From Nymphaea colorata (Eukaryota): a DNA stretch of 64,000 nt. Of the stretch, positions 63,359-64,000 are shown in pieces. A program made the translations under genes and the position numbers. Every line of letters begins with the position of its first letter. Positions within the stretch are counted from its first letter, which is position 1. The stretch is from contig NC_045138.2 of NCBI RefSeq assembly GCF_008831285.2, positions 7,626,001-7,690,000 of the forward strand, read 5' to 3'. Under the pieces are notes generated by a model. That model saw only the letters and a program-made list of their open reading frames with translations. It searched no databases and had not been told where the DNA came from.

Positions 63359-64000
63359 GTAAGAATTAAGCATATATGAATCTTAGTATGTAGTTTAAGA
63401 AAAATTGTCTTTCTATGTTGTTTCTTGGTTTCCATGCTATGTTCTTGTTATGTGTGATCTATTAATTTCCGTGCAGCTGTATTCAGCATGCCTTCAGTAC
63501 AAATAGATGAGGCATCTTGGTGGAGAATTATTCATGTAGGTCCTCTAGTTCTATGGACATAATTAGATAAAAGAACTAAAGCTATTTTCAAGTTTTTATG
63601 GTTGTCGAGAGATGAAGAGCTGATGACCTTGGAAACTTTCATGTCTTGTGGAATGTTGCTTTCAGGATAAGAGACAAGTGCAAGTTGACCATCCTTCTAC
63701 TAAGCACCACAGATTTGTAAGCTTAATATGAATAGCAGTTATCAATATCACCTAAGGAATATGTTAAGTGATCTGTATGATGGAAATGATCTTACACTTG
63801 CAGAAAACATATGCCTGTACATGTAAGAGCTGATATGAGATAACAAGCAAATGTCGTGAAAACATCAAAGAGGGTTTGCCTTTGCCAAAATAAAATGCAT
63901 GAGGAAATGATGAATCTGAAAACAGTCAAAACAGAAAAGTGAACATTTTCTTAAAGTATTCCTTTGCACGTATTCCTTACTAAATGTTTAGGCACAATGT

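Overview
AT-rich, repeat-dense flowering-plant nuclear DNA; the species cannot be determined from the sequence. The main host content is a cluster of three intronless, minus-strand paralogues encoding small, probably secreted cystatin-fold-like proteins that lack the canonical QxVxG and PW inhibitory motifs: 2555-2929 is intact, 27769-28142 is a pseudogene, and 40939-41370 is divergent with an altered start. Copies 1 and 2 arose from a head-to-tail tandem duplication (about 1358-26091 and 26092-36735). The window ends with the 5' UTR and first coding exon of an RMR-type (PA-TM-RING) gene on the + strand (CDS from 63202). Most of the rest is transposon-derived. There are two degenerate L1-type LINEs: one has a truncated Ale/RE1-like Copia nested in it, the other a hAT MITE. 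There is a second decayed Copia, three large Gypsy-type LTR-like sequences (one a clean solo LTR with TSD and an empty site in the paralogue), and a duplicated non-autonomous CACTA element. Smaller items are many hAT-type MITEs, a MITE-containing tandem array, a candidate tRNA-derived SINE and microsatellites. All alignments were made by eye; family assignments rest on recalled motifs, not database searches.
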